Shown here: in pieces, positions 13,756 through 26,720 of the stretch
How positions within the stretch are numbered: position 1 is the first letter of the stretch
Layout of the letters: each line of letters begins with the position of its first letter
From: Octopus bimaculoides
Lineage: Eukaryota
NCBI RefSeq assembly: GCF_001194135.2
Contig: NC_068982.1
Coordinates: 192,044,700 to 192,108,699 of the forward strand
Reading direction: 5' to 3'
DNA: 64,000 nt
Program-made: the position numbers and the translations under genes
Notes under the pieces: model-generated
Seen by the model: only the letters and a program-made list of their open reading frames with translations
Told to the model about the DNA's origin: nothing
Database searches by the model: none

Positions 13756-14638
13756 CAAAAGTATGTATGCTTATTTCTGTGATTTGTCGACTGCTTCTGG
13801 ATTGTGTCTATGTATCCACCATTCCATGACTTGTAATTTCTTAATTAGCTGTGTTGTTTCTGATTTTGTGCAGCCCAGTTTCACAACACTGACCCCCCCC
13901 CCACCCAATAATTACTGGTATAAATCTAAAACTACAGGCCATATAGATTTCTTATTAATACACTACAGATGTTTTGTTTCCCCATCTTTTCCTTAAATGC
14001 TTTATTCAATTAATATTTAACAACCCATACACAATACAGCTGATCTCCACAACGTCTCTGGTCAATATGTCTGAGATGTTAATAAGAACATTCCATCTTG
14101 GCAGAATTGTTTGCACTCTGGGCAAAATGCTAAGCAGCATTTCATCCGTCTTTACATTCTCAGTTCAAATTCCACCAAAGTTGACCTTGCCTTTCATCCT
14201 TTTGAGATCGATAAAATAAGTACCAGTTGAGTACTGGGGTTGATGTAATCCCTAACCCCATCCCCTGAACTTGCTGGCCTTGTGCTAAAATTTGAAACCA
14301 TTATCATTTCATAATGTAAGTGACTCTACAAAACACTAACTTCACTATATCTTCAGAGATCTCCTTTGTACAGATTCTATTGTACAATATTTGGGTCACA
14401 ACATCTTGTCACATAAAAGACTGTATCAGAACAACATTTTCAGACAGTTGTTTATGATGTGTGTGTAACAAATTTTGTATTTATTCCTCAGAATCTGCAT
14501 CATTTCTCACATCAAGATGTTTTATTGGCATCCTTATCCCTTCTATACATCCAATATCTCATTGTTAATTCTTGTTTCTGTATTGCAACAGCAAATCCTT
14601 TAAAGTGAGAGTTAATATCTTGGTTGTTAGTTCAAGAT

Positions 14639-14887
14639 CAGTGGTACTCGACCATTTTGTGCCTATGGACACCTTTGATTCCTATTGTACTCCACTAGAC
14701 CCCCATAGCCATTTGATGTTTAAAAAATCCTATCATATTTTTACAATCAAATAATAGGAATTGCATAAAATATTCTTTAAATTTTTTGTGTATCATAGAA
14801 GTATAAACAATTTATTGCAGATAAATTTTAACAAAATCTTCTGTTGATCCCACGAAGGGCCATATGGCCCCTTGTTGAGAAGCACTG
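14639..14887. mobile_element. hAT (Charlie-type) MITE, decayed
   Basis: Imperfect TIRs cagtggtactcgac and gttgagaagcactg; no clean TSD. Confidence 0.5.
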
Positions 14888-15337
14888 CTGTTCATGACAG
14901 ATGACTTTGGTTGTCTAGGTTATTGGGATTTGAACTTTCTTCACTACACAGCTATTGTTTCACCATCTTCTCATCAGAAAGAAAACAAAGCCACAGAGTT
15001 GTACAACTTCTTTACACTTGTTTTCCTGGTCACCAGTCGACAAATACTTTCTGAGGAGTTTCTTTTCCAACTCTTACCATGTTATCTGCCTCATGATCTA
15101 TGGATAAACTTTGATATTTAATGGCTGACAAATTTTGTCAAATGGTTAGGATGCAACATTTAAATGTTGTTTTATGAAGCCAGGCTTCTACTTGCCTCCA
15201 TTTCAGATAAATTCAAAAATCAGGAGGCAAAGATTTCAGATTTAATATCAACAGACCAAACTCATCTTTTGTCCAAATGAGTAACCCCAACGTTGGTTAT
15301 CGTGCTAACATAACAGACATATTCTGGTTTCCTTTGA

Positions 15338-15858
15338 TTTGTAGAAAGCATTTCATAGGGTACCGTGTTCAGTAATTTGGTGGGCTCGGAGGAAACTAGG
15401 TGTAGATATAAAATGGCTTATGCAGGTGGTTCAAGCTATGTATAAGGATGCAGCAAGAAAAGTGAGAGTTAGCAATGGTTTCTGTGATGAATTTAGTGTG
15501 AAGGTAAAAGTACATCAAGGTTCAGTCCTCAATCCCCTCCTATTCCTCACTGTCCTCCAAGCCATCACTGAAGGAGTTTAAGACTGGCTGTTCATGGGAA
15601 CTCCTATATGCTGATGATCTGGTACTCATAGCAGAGTCTACAGAAGAATTAGAGAAGAAATTCCTGGCATGGAAGCTAAACCTGGAATTGAGGGGCCTTA
15701 AGGTTAATCTGGCAAAAGATTAAAGTTTTAGTAAGTAGAAAAGATGACAGGTTCCTGGTACCTTCAGGGAAGAGGCCTTGCTGAATATGTAGAAAAGGGG
15801 TAGCTATAAACCCCTTATGCTGTACGTGATGTAAGCTATGGATACACAAGAGATGTTG
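15338..15858 (+). mobile_element. RTE LINE RT core fragment
   Basis: KAFHRVP..IWW..RKLGV, HQGSVLNPLLF, WELLYADDL, GLKVNL. Confidence 0.85.
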
Positions 15859-16114
15859 TGCTTTTTGTTGGGTGACTTTAGTGGAGTCAACTAAAGGACT
15901 TGGGCTTGAGGAAAACTTTTCCAGTCTGAAAATAATTGCCTTCTACGAGTTAAAGAAGCTCTGACAAAGGGTCCGGGGTTGGGGTGAAGTGGTGGAGGGG
16001 CTGCCCATTTCCCCTTGACTAAGCCATTTGCAAACATTAAAAAAAAAAATTGAATTGCATTTTTTTTACCAATTTAATCAATTCTGCCTCACGTCATAAG
16101 ACTGGAACAATAAA

Positions 16115-16416
16115 GAAGAATGTAATTCATACCCTCTAGAAAATAAATACATCTTAAAAACCTTATTCAAAAAAATCAATAAAATAATAACTAGTAAATG
16201 GCATAAAAATGACTACGCACATTTCGTAGCTATATTTTCAAATAGATAACTACTAAAACTAATTTGATTAATAATCAAATCGATCTACAGTTAAATCTAT
16301 TCAAAAATATAGTCACATAGTCATTTTATACCATTTACTAGTTATTATTTTATTGATTTTTTGAATAAGGTTTTTAAGATATATTTATTTTCTAGAGGGT
16401 ATGAATTATATTCTTC
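16115..16416. repeat. Long AT-rich fold-back palindrome (about 300 bp)
   Basis: Outer arms of about 100 bp differ by 4 transitions and 2 one-nt indels. Inner arms are decayed. Centre ATTTGATTA-A-TAATCAAAT at 16262-16280. Confidence 0.95.
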
Positions 16417-16599
16417 ATTACTGAATTATTTAATAATGGTTTTTCTTTAAATTATATACATATATTTTATATTGGGAAATTTGATTTAGTATTGCTAAAT
16501 TGAATTTTTCCCTGTAAGTTTTGGACTTTATTCCCTAATATTATTATTATTATTATATATATATATATAACTTTATAAAGTTTATGAAACATATTGTGC

Positions 16600-16818
16600 A
16601 ATTCTTTTCTACTCTAAGGCACAAGGCCTGAAATTTTTGGGGAGGGTCCAGTCGATTAGATCAACTTCAGTACGCAACTGGTACTTAATTTATCAACCCT
16701 GAAAGGATGAAAGGCAAAGTCGACCTTGGCAGAATTTGAACTCAGAACGTAAAGACAGACAAAATACCGCTAAGCATTTCACCCAGTGTGCTAACATTTC
16801 TGCCAGCTCACCGCCTTT
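16600..16818 (-). mobile_element. tRNA-derived SINE family S2; other copies about 9043-9290, 11375-11535(-), 12600-12810, 14095-14302, 24275-24480, 26320-26460, 35088-35250, 35245-35455(-), 54120-54295, 59335-59480(-)
   Basis: Shared aaggcggtgagctggcagaa..gttctgagttcaaattc..gtcgactttgcctttcatcctttc..gataaattaagtaccag. Confidence 0.85.
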
Positions 16819-17050
16819 GAAACATATCATGCAATTATAAGTATAAACACCATGTTGTATTATATCATAGAGTGAGTTTTATGAAGAGAAATTATAAATC
16901 CATCTACAATCGGTAGAAGTTACACAAATATAAAAGAGGGTATATACATATATAAAAATATAATACTATAAGATATAAAATTCTCTTATGAAGAATTTAT
17001 GAAACGAAAAAATAAAATATTTCATTGCGAATGAAATAAAATATACAACA

Positions 17051-17109
17051 GAGATAAAAAGAGATAAAAAGAGATAAAAAGAGATAAAAAGAGATAAAAA
17101 GAGATAAAA
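17051..17109 (+). repeat. (GAGATAAAAA)x6 decamer tandem repeat
   Basis: Directly visible. Confidence 0.95.
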
Positions 17110-17621
17110 TAATATAGGATAAGTCAAGGTATGCTTAATAAATGCCAATTAAAAAATAAATAAAAGATAAAGGTGCCATTGGAAATGGTTTTATAAGATA
17201 TTTGTAAAATATATTAGAGACACAGAAATGTGTAGAATAATAACAATTCACAGGGGGTATGCCTTATACTTAGTGGAGGCACAAGCTCTAGCAATCTGTT
17301 GCAAATTCACATATTAGGAAAGAAAATCCAAGCACGGAAGGGGAAAATATGTAATATAAATATTGAAGGAATGCAGATTAAAATGTAAGGGGCTATTATA
17401 GAAGCAATACTACATATATATTCTTTTACTTGTTTCAGTCATCTTGACTGTGGCCATGCTGGAGCACTGCCTTTCATCAAACAAATCAACCCCAAGACTT
17501 ATTCTTTGTAAGCCTAGTACTTATTCTATCGGTCTCTTTTGCCGAACCGCTAAGTTACGGGGATGTGAACATTGTCAAGCAATGGTGGAGGGGGGACAAA
17601 CACAGACACACAAATACATAC

Positions 17622-17665
<44 letters not shown>

Positions 17666-18019
17666 AATCCAAACTTGAGCAAGCAAGAAAAAGCAACAAC
17701 ATGAGAACATGGAATAAGTACTGTGTTATTGGACGCTCAAGAAAGGAAAGAAAAGAAAGAGGATTTCACGTTTCAAGCGGAGCTCTTCAGAAATATAGAA
17801 AAAGTCCAAAGGAGGGAAGACAAAGAAAGAAAATCGGCAATGATACACACGCGGTCACATATTGAAATATATACATATATATATATTTATATTACAAGGC
17901 TTTGATCAGCCTGAGGCTATAGCAGAAAACACTTGCCCAAGGTGTCACACAGTGGGACTGAACCCGGAACCATGTGATTGGGAAGTAAGCTTCTTATCAC
18001 ACAGCAACTCCTATATATA

Positions 18020-19304
18020 TAATCTATTTAAAGGACACAATACATGTTTTTAAGTGCTACTAATAGTTTCATATGTTGAGAAATATCTCAATCATATTCA
18101 TCAGGCACAAACCAAAGATCATAACGAACTTAAAAAATTAAATAAGAGAAAAAACACAAAAAAAGCTGAGAAGACAACATCCAGAAAATGTGGAAGGCTA
18201 AAAAATGGGAAATGAAAAAGTGAAAAGGGTAAAAACATTATCTTCCATAGAGCTTAAATTATAAGGCTGGAAAGATATCAACAGATCTATATCAGGTATA
18301 AACAGAATTTTCCAATTCTTCAAAATATATTCACGTGGCTGCATGGTAAGAAGCTTGCTTCCCAACCACATGGTTCTGGGTTCAGTCCCACTGTGTGGCA
18401 TTTTGGGCAAATGTCTTCTGCTATAGCCTTGGGCTGACGAAGGCCTTGTGAATGGATTTGGTAGATAGAAACTGAAAGAAGCCTGTCGTATATATATATG
18501 TGTGTCTGTGTTTGTCCCCTCCACTACCGCTTTACAACTGATGTTGGTGTGCTTACATCCCTGTAACTTAGTGGTTCAACAAAAGAGACCGATAGAATAA
18601 GTACTAGGCTTACAAAGAATAAGTTCTGGCCACAGTCAGATGACTGAAACAAGTAAAAGAATAGAAGAAAAGAATGTTTGCAACTGCTGAAAATTTCAGG
18701 CCTAGAGTTCAGTAGAGAATTAGGGACCTTAGATGTGAAAAGGATCTGAGTTCTTTGAGTTAAACATAGCCTACATTTATTTGATCCATTACCATAAGGT
18801 GTGGATTTCTCAATTATTTTCCACTTAATCACATGCAATGCTTTGTTAGCTTTCAAACTCTATACATGGCTAGCCAATAGCTTTGCTTTTGGCCTTATGT
18901 CCCTATGTGATTGGCAGAGCAATTTTTAAATTCTCCTTCACATAATGCAACATAGGCCTTCTTATCTGTAGTTTTATTTAGTGTTGCAGTTAATTCTGCC
19001 TCATATATGACAGATTTCATCATACATCATTGGTCAAGTGGACAGGATTCTGATTTACAACAGTTACAACTGGATTTAGGCTTTTGGTATTGACCTCGTG
19101 CAATGATACTTTTCATATTGGGACAGCAGCAATATGATAATTTCACACAACGCCTATGAAATAGTTCCCTATATCTGTGAGTTGCTGGAAAGTGTTTATC
19201 TAGGAGAGAAAATAATCTACCTCTTCCACAAGTTCCTGCCACAGTTAGAGATCTAAGATCCCTAACTCTCTACTGAATTCTAGGTCTGAAATTTTCAGCA
19301 GTTG
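18020..19304 (-). mobile_element. Penelope-like element (PLE) 3' fragment: GIY-YIG region, 3' UTR with hammerhead, inverted 5' segment; split by a SINE at 18334-18673
   Basis: LLDKHFP.THRYRELF..R.VKLSYCCCPNMKSII, CNCCKSESCPLD, SVIYEA...KAYVALCEGEFK, IKWKIIEKSTPY.NGSNKCRLCLT, LLNSRPEIFSSCKH|REYILKNW across the SINE. 19251-19304 is an inverted copy of 18681-18734. Confidence 0.85.
18054..18108 (-). ncRNA. Type I hammerhead ribozyme motif (canonical core) in PLE 3' UTR
   Basis: GUGC-CUGAUGA-AUAUG(A)UUGAGA/UAUU/UCUCAA-CAUAU-GAAA-CUA U UA-GUA^GCAC. Stem I 4 bp, stem II 11 bp, near-palindromic stem III ACUA-U-UAGU. Confidence 0.75.
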
Positions 19305-19409
19305 GAATCCATGCCAGAATGGAAAACAGATGTTAAACAATGATGATGATGATGATGGTTCATTGTTTCAAAGATTTAATTCTATACCAAAGATTCACTA
19401 TTTCTCTTT

Positions 19410-19476
<67 letters not shown>

Positions 19477-19861
19477 ACACACACAGCTAAATGTTTTTGC
19501 TCTGTTTAGCAATTTTTATAAAACTTTTATCTGAAGTGACTCCGCTTCAATTAAAACCAAACAGAGTGGAAAGTACGATAATAACAGTGAAATGAAACTT
19601 GACTCATGAATCACACACACACACACACACACACACACATGGATCTCTCTCTCTCTCACACACACACATTCACACACTACCACAAATACATACACCATAT
19701 ATATAGATGTGGCTGTGTGGTAAGAAGTTTGTTTCCCAACCACATGGTTCTGGGTTCATTCCCACTAAGTGGAAAAGTGCCTTTTATTTTAAACCCAATC
19801 AAAGTCTTGTGAAAGGATTTGAAAGATATAAACTGTAAGAAGTCTGTCATATATAGATATA

Positions 19862-20330
19862 TATATTATCATCATCATCACTTAACGTCTGTTGTCCATG
19901 CTGGCATGGGTTGGACGATATGACCAGACAGGTCAGCTGGGGAGCTGCACAGGGTTTCTATGGCTGGATGCCCTTCCTAAAGCCAGTCACTTTACAGAGT
20001 CTGCTGGATGCTTTTACGTGATGCCACCACGACTGCTTTACATCACCAGAGCGACTGGCCTTAACACTTCTGCAGTGGAGTACAGATCGTCTGGAGTACA
20101 GTAAAGCGATAGGCACCTTGGTCCTTTGTCATCTTGCCTGAAAGGTTCAGTGTCCAGAGGTCACTCTTTAGTACTCCTTCCAAGTCTTCTTGGGTCTCCC
20201 ACTCCCATGTGTTCCATCTATTTTGAGAGATCGGCAGTTCTTTATGGAGCTGTTGGCATCCACCCACATCACATGACCAAACCAGCACATTCTTCGTTTG
20301 CCTAACTTCTCTCTCAGAATACTGGCATTC
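19862..20330 (-). mobile_element. RTE LINE 3' end (divergent to the 20447 copy)
   Basis: Reverse complement of the RTE C-terminus and shared 3' tail ending in (GAT)n. Confidence 0.7.
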
Positions 20331-20446
20331 TGTCAAACATGCACAGCTAAGACATTTATAAATGCTTCTCATAAAAAAAAGTCTCAAAACTTCTTGAAGG
20401 CACCTTAAGATATCTGGCTGGGTAGGATAGAGTCCAGTCACCCAAA

Positions 20447-22085
20447 TAGTTAATCAGGGTATTCAGGAGGGTGTCATCCCCAATGACTGGTGTAGCAGCA
20501 TTATAGTCAGCTGCTACAAGGGTAAAGGAGATGCTTCAGGTAGAAGTAATTACAGAGGCATCAAGTTGCTGGATCAGGTCATGAAAGGGACAGAAAGAGT
20601 TATAGCCCAGTTAATTAGGAGCAGAATCAGATTAGATGAAATGCAGTTTGGTTTTGGGCCCCAGAGAAGCACTGCTGATGTTTTCTTTATAGTCAGACAA
20701 CTGCAGCAAAAGTATTTGGCCAAGAATAAACCATTGTACTTGAAGTTGTTAACTTAGAGAAAGCCTTTAACAGAGTGCCCCGCTGTGCGATATGGTAGGC
20801 TCTGAGGAAATAAAGGGTAGACAGGTGGCTTGTGAAAGCCATACAAGCCATGTACTGAGGTTCTGTCAGTAAGGTGAGAGTTAACCATGAGTATAGCGAT
20901 GAATTTAGTGTACAGGTGGGTGTTCATCAGGTTTCAGTTCTCAGTCCCCTCCTATTCACTATCGTCATCCAGGCCATAACAGAAGAATTCAAGTCTGGCT
21001 GCCCCTGGGAACTGTTATCTGATGATCTTACTCTTATAGTAGATTCTGTAATAGAACTAGAAAAGGAATTCAAGGTGTGGAAGCAAAACCTGGAATCTAA
21101 GGGCCTTAAGATTAACTTAACAAAGGCAAGAAAACAGGCAGGACCCTTCCCTCCACTTAATATGTAGAAAAGGAGTAAGCAGGAATTCCATATGGTGTGC
21201 CCAGTGCAAGCTATGGACACACAAGAGTTTGTATTTGGAAGTTGCATAGGATCCATAAAAAACTACAGCTACTTGGGGAAACTGATTTTCTCAAATGCCC
21301 CAGAGGCTCTTTAGAGGTAATGGACAATTTCTGCTATCTAGGAGACCTAATTAGCTGTCGGGGAGGATGCACAGAGAGTGTAATAGCTAGAATAAGAATA
21401 GGATGGAGAAAATTCAGAGAGCTTTTACCTCTGTTGGCAACCAAAGGTTTTTCTCTCCAAATGAAAGGAAGATTGTATGATGCATGTATATGAACAGCAA
21501 TGCTACATGGTAGTCAGACATGGGTCCTGAATGTAGATGACAGAGAGGAATGAAGCTGGTATGCTCCACTGGATGTGCAATGTAAGTGCCACAGAGCACT
21601 AGGGTATTGAGGGGCAAGTTAGGCATAAGATGAATTCGATGCAAGAAAGAAGACTGTGGTAGTTGTGCCATGTGTTGCGTATGGATGTAGAGAGTTGCAC
21701 AGAGAAGTAGCAATCAAAGTAGATGGAATTTGTGGAAGAGGGAGACCCAGGAAGACATGGCAGGGAGTATTGAAAGTCAATCTCAAAAACACTGAGCCTT
21801 ACAAAGGAGATGACTGAGGACAGAGACGGCTGGTGCCTTGCTGTATTCCAGAAGCCACAGCAGAATTGATACTGGCATTGATGCCACATAAAAAGCAATT
21901 GTGCTGGTGCCATGTTAAAAGTACTGGTGCTGGTTTCACATAAAAAGCACCCAGTATGTTCTGTGGAGTGGTTGGTATTAGGAAGGGCATCCAGCCATAG
22001 AAACCATGCCAAATCAGACTGAAGCCTGGTTCAGCCCCTGGCCTCACTAACTCCATGGTGATGATGATGATGATGATGATGATGA
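20447..22085 (+). mobile_element. RTE-clade LINE, 5'-truncated and decayed
   Basis: QFGFGPQRSTADVFFIVRQLQQKYLAK, GVHQVSVLSPLLF, ELLSDDL, FCYLGD, RIRIGWRKFRELLPLL, RGRPRKTW and shared (GAT)n tail. Confidence 0.9.
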
Positions 22086-22200
22086 TATATATATACATAC
22101 ATATATANNNNNNNNNNNNNNNNNNNNNNNNNNNNNNNNNNNNNNNNNNNNNNNNNNNNNNNNNNNNNNNNNNNNNNNNNNNNNNNNNNNNNNNNNNNNN

Positions 22201-22234
<34 letters not shown>

Positions 22235-22789
22235 GAATTAGATGCATATATATATATTTAATATTTTGGACCAATGGGTATGTGTTGATCAGTGTGTTGA
22301 GCACTGGCACAGTTTGGGGCTGTCTGGTGTCACCCACAGTCTGGGTGTATTACAGTTGGATCTACTTCGAGAACTCCTCAGTGTTAGTTGAGATAATAAT
22401 AATTTTTTTAAGTAACCAGAAGATGGATTTGGCATTAATCTTCAAGTGTCATTGCAACCATGTGATAAATAACGACACACTTCTTATGTATTGAGTATTT
22501 TTTCTCTTATTGTTTGTGAAGTCAAAATTACACACATACACATATCAATACACATTATAAATATACACACATATATATAAACATACTTATCTACACAAAA
22601 GAGAGGGAGAGACAAAATTCTGTAGATGTATTGTTTCAGTAAAAACACAGCATTTCTCTAAATAAACATTGAAGTTAAAACACAACTTTTTCTCTTTGTG
22701 AGTCGAGAGATTGACTCTCAGCTAGTTTTAGTATATTGTATCACTTCATCAGTGATCACACCATTTCAAATTCCATACGTCTAACACTC

Positions 22790-23342
22790 ATGGACATCAT
22801 CATCATTTAACATCCATTCTCCATGCTGGCATGGGTTGGACGGTTTGACAGGAGTTGGCCAGCTGGAGAGCTGCACCTGGCTCCATTTATCTGTTTTGAT
22901 ACAGTTTCTATGGTTGGATGGCTTTCCTAATGGGCCAACAACTTCACAGAGTGTGGACTGTGTGCTTTCATGTGACACTGTGCTTTTATGTGGCACCTGT
23001 ACCCACAAGCCTGTAAGACTAGAATCTCTTAGTTGAAAGAGAAATATTGAGGACACAGCTGTGTGCATGGACAGCCATGATTTTTACTTAGCTTGATGTG
23101 TCTTCTTAAGCACAGGAAACTGCTAGAAGTCTCAGTCCCTTATCATCTCCTCTGTGAAGCCCAATGCCTGAAAATTCTTTCTCACCACTTTACCCCATGT
23201 CTTCCTTGGTCTACCCCTTCTACATATTCTCTACACAATTAGAGGCTGGCAGCACTTTTTGATGGAGCTGTCCTCATCCAGTAGCTTAGAAGATAAAGCA
23301 ATTAAGGATATGAAGACAGGGAAAGCCCCCGGCCCATCACGA
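22790..23342 (-). mobile_element. RTE LINE 3' end with a short inverted RT fragment (23290-23342, +) at its 5' junction
   Basis: Minus strand: GRPRKTWGKVVRK and shared tail. Plus-strand piece: DKAIKDMKTGKAPGPS. Confidence 0.7.
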
Positions 23343-23916
23343 CATACAAAATCAAAAAGCAACACAGCATCCATCATTATCATCACCCAATGTTTTAAAT
23401 CCGGTTTTGTCCCCATTAACAGTGGTGGTCGGATCTACCTCAATGCCATAGCAACCGAGGTAGGCAGGTGCTGCCCAACCCAACCTTTGGGCTGGCTGGT
23501 GCCCATTCTCCTTTGCTATCATGAGGCTTTTTTGGAGCTGGATTTTCTATGGGGAGCATGCCCTTGCTTACCCCCAACCTCAGTTTCTAGATATGAGTGG
23601 TCCTGAGACCAAGGCCTCTACCATGATTTTTAAGAAATGTGGTGCTCAGAATTGCTGAAGCATGAAATAATCTACATGCATCAGTTGTTGGCTGTCAGCA
23701 CAATACATCCTTCAAAACTTCCATGCTTCCTGAAATTTGCCAACTGTACACCTGATGTCTCCACCATTTTTGTCTTTTTTAAACAACTTATTCACTGTTC
23801 ACTTTCTGTGCATTATTCTAGGTACTGTCCATACATTTTCAGCTACCTTTTCTGGTGAGTTGTCGGCACCTGAACTCTGTATACATCTCACCTAGATCGT
23901 CTCATAGGACCCCCTC

Positions 23917-23989
<73 letters not shown>

Positions 23990-24591
23990 AAAGTTTTATA
24001 GTTATTACACAGCAACACTTAGGTGTGTGTATCTACAAGTGTAACTTATACGTGTATTGCCAATGAATAAATAAATACATGCACACACACACACATATAT
24101 GTATATGTGTGTGTGTGTGTGTGTGCATGTATCGTGTGTTTATGTGATTATGCTAATGTTATGCTTGTATAGATGCATGAAGGCATGTATGTATATTGGT
24201 GTATGTATGAATGCATGCATTTATACATGTATGCATGTCTACACACGCCAATATGCACATATGCAAGGGTGATGAATTTGCAGAATTTTTGGAGCATCAG
24301 AAAAAAATGCCTTGTGGTATTTATCCAGCTCTTTACATTCTGAGTTCAAACCTTACCATGGTCAACTTTGCCTTCTGATTTTTTTCAGGGTTGATAAAAT
24401 AAAATACCAGTAAAATATTGGGACTGATCATATTGACTGACCATCTCCACTTTAAATTGCTCACCTTACCTACATTAGAAACTCTTATAATTAATTAGTA
24501 TTATAAATTTATAGATTCTCAATGTCACACACACACACACACACACACCATGCATGCAGAACTGTCTTCATGAGAATAACAACAGTATGTA

Positions 24592-24633
<42 letters not shown>

Positions 24634-24775
24634 CGGCTGCGGTGGCAGTGGTAGTAGTAGTAGTGTGTCATGTAGCTGCAATGACATGAGCTCCTATAAA
24701 CAAAGGTAGCTGACATTGTGTCAACAATGATTAGGGATGTACACAAATAAAAGGATTAGCTAAAATGAAACTCAC

Positions 24776-24895
24776 TTCTTAAAGGAGCTGCTGGCCCTTG
24801 TTATTGCTTCAATAGTGACAGCATATTTCTATAGAAGCCTGCTCTACTTGAATATCACAAACAAAAAGTAAAGAAGATAGACTGAGCCATGAGAC
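24776..24895 (-). other. Candidate internal exon of minus-strand transcript (probably UTR/non-coding)
   Basis: Acceptor ctccctttccctag and donor AA|gtgagt. All three frames contain stops. An alternative acceptor at 24828 gives open KYAVTIEAITRASSSFK. Confidence 0.3.
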
Positions 24896-25427
24896 CTAGG
24901 GAAAGGGAGCAGTGTCTCCCTCCCCATGGACCAAGCTATGTATGTATTATTAAAAGTGCACCTAGTGTTGTTGGTGGAAACTGCAGCGGTCGTTATTTCC
25001 TTCCAGTCACTGTGACACAGCCAGGAATAAAAATCGACAAAAGAAAAAAAAAACTAGAGATTTCTCTCCCCTACTATTTCTCTGATGATTTCATTCTCAT
25101 GGAAAATATATTCTAGGAATACAGATCAACCAGTATATTACTGGTACTTTGTTTCTCAATGCCTAGAAGGAAGAACGTACATATCGACATCAGCTTTTAA
25201 AACAGGGCACTTGCGTTTGTTAGAAACTGCAACAAACAAGTTTGAAGAGCTGGAAGGTGTGCGTGTGTGTGTGTGTGTGTGAGAAAGAGAGAGAGTGTGT
25301 GGAAACAGAGAGAGTGAAAGTGAGAGAAAGGAAAGAAGGATAGAAAGATAGGAAAAGAGACAGATGAGAAGGGAGAGAGAGACAGATGAGGAGGGAGAGA
25401 GAGAGAGATGAAGAGAGAGAGAGATGA

Positions 25428-25474
<47 letters not shown>

Positions 25475-25656
25475 TGAGGAGGGAGAGAGAGGAGAGATGA
25501 AGAGAGAGAGAGACAGACAGACAGATGAGGAGGGAGAGAGAGGAGAGAGTTCTTATATTTGTCCTTCGTTACATTGGTTGATATCGAAATCTTTAAATTC
25601 TGTAGTAAATTTTAAGAACTACATTTGTGCGTCTGTCTGTCTCCTTCTCCTACCCT

Positions 25657-25692
<36 letters not shown>

Positions 25693-26643
25693 TTGTCAGT
25701 ATTTATGTAGTCCTTTATTTTGCAGAGGTCATGTTTTTGATCTGCAGACTCTGTCATCAAATCATTTAGAATGACCCCTTTACTTGATTATCATCACAAC
25801 CAGATGCCGCATCTTTCTTACTGGGTCCTCTGAACATTCTTTAACTGTTTAGCATTTAATCTGGCCATAATCGGCCAAAATATTCTGCCTGTTTTATGTT
25901 CAAAAGTGGTCAGATAAGGCCTCCCTCATGCTAAAGAGTTAAATAAAAATTAAATGAAAAAAAAACATGTCGAAAACTCTAAAATAATTACAAATTCTGG
26001 GATTTGCTTGAAGAATAAAACAACAAAATCTGAAAACAATAAATAAGAAAGAAATAAAAATCAAGTAACAACAATAACAAATCATTTAAAAAGCAAACCT
26101 CAGTTGAATACCGACTAAGCCCAACCTACTGAACGAAAGTCTTTCATTTGGCAATTTATTCTAATTAACGCGGTTGTGGCATGAATATCCAATATTATTG
26201 TCATAAACACGGCTGCGATGACAACGTGGCATAATCACTGCAAATTTTCTTCGTTTTCTTTTGTCGCGACACCAGGATGCCGGTTATCCAAGGATAACAA
26301 TACCCTCTTCCTTCTGACCTGGCGGTGGAGAGCAAAATCGTTGGAGCATCGGGGAAAATGCCGTGTGGTTTTTCTGCCGATACTTTACGTTTTGAATTCA
26401 AATCTAAACGAAATTGACTTTGTTATCATTAACTTTTCAGGGGTTAATAAAAAAAAAAAAAAAAGTGAAGAGCTACTTTTGGTACATTCTATGACAAATC
26501 TATTAAAATTATCGGCCTTCTGCCAACAGTTTTATGAGAGGTGTACCGCTGGTTTTTAAAACAAATATGAAACTCTGATTGTCATTGTTTTTGTTTTCTG
26601 CAAACGGTTACATTTCGTGGAACTCCGCTAAGAGAGGACTTAC

Positions 26644-26720
26644 ATCACAGCACATTTTCATGCAAAGAGACGAAAATGATTTCTTTTCTTCTTTTCACGG
26701 TGAAAGGTTTCTGCATTATT
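26644..26720 (-). other. Candidate first exon of a divergent minus-strand transcript
   Basis: Consensus donor GAT|gtaagt (plus-strand acttac 26638-26643) after ATG AAA ATG TGC TGT GAT. CpG-rich context; 5' boundary unknown. Confidence 0.3.

Noticed and set aside
17763-17794. Active hammerhead
   Set aside because: The core appears to have lost 3 nt (CUGA-AGAGC) and the cleavage triplet is GUG (not NUH). Treated as a decayed pLTR copy.
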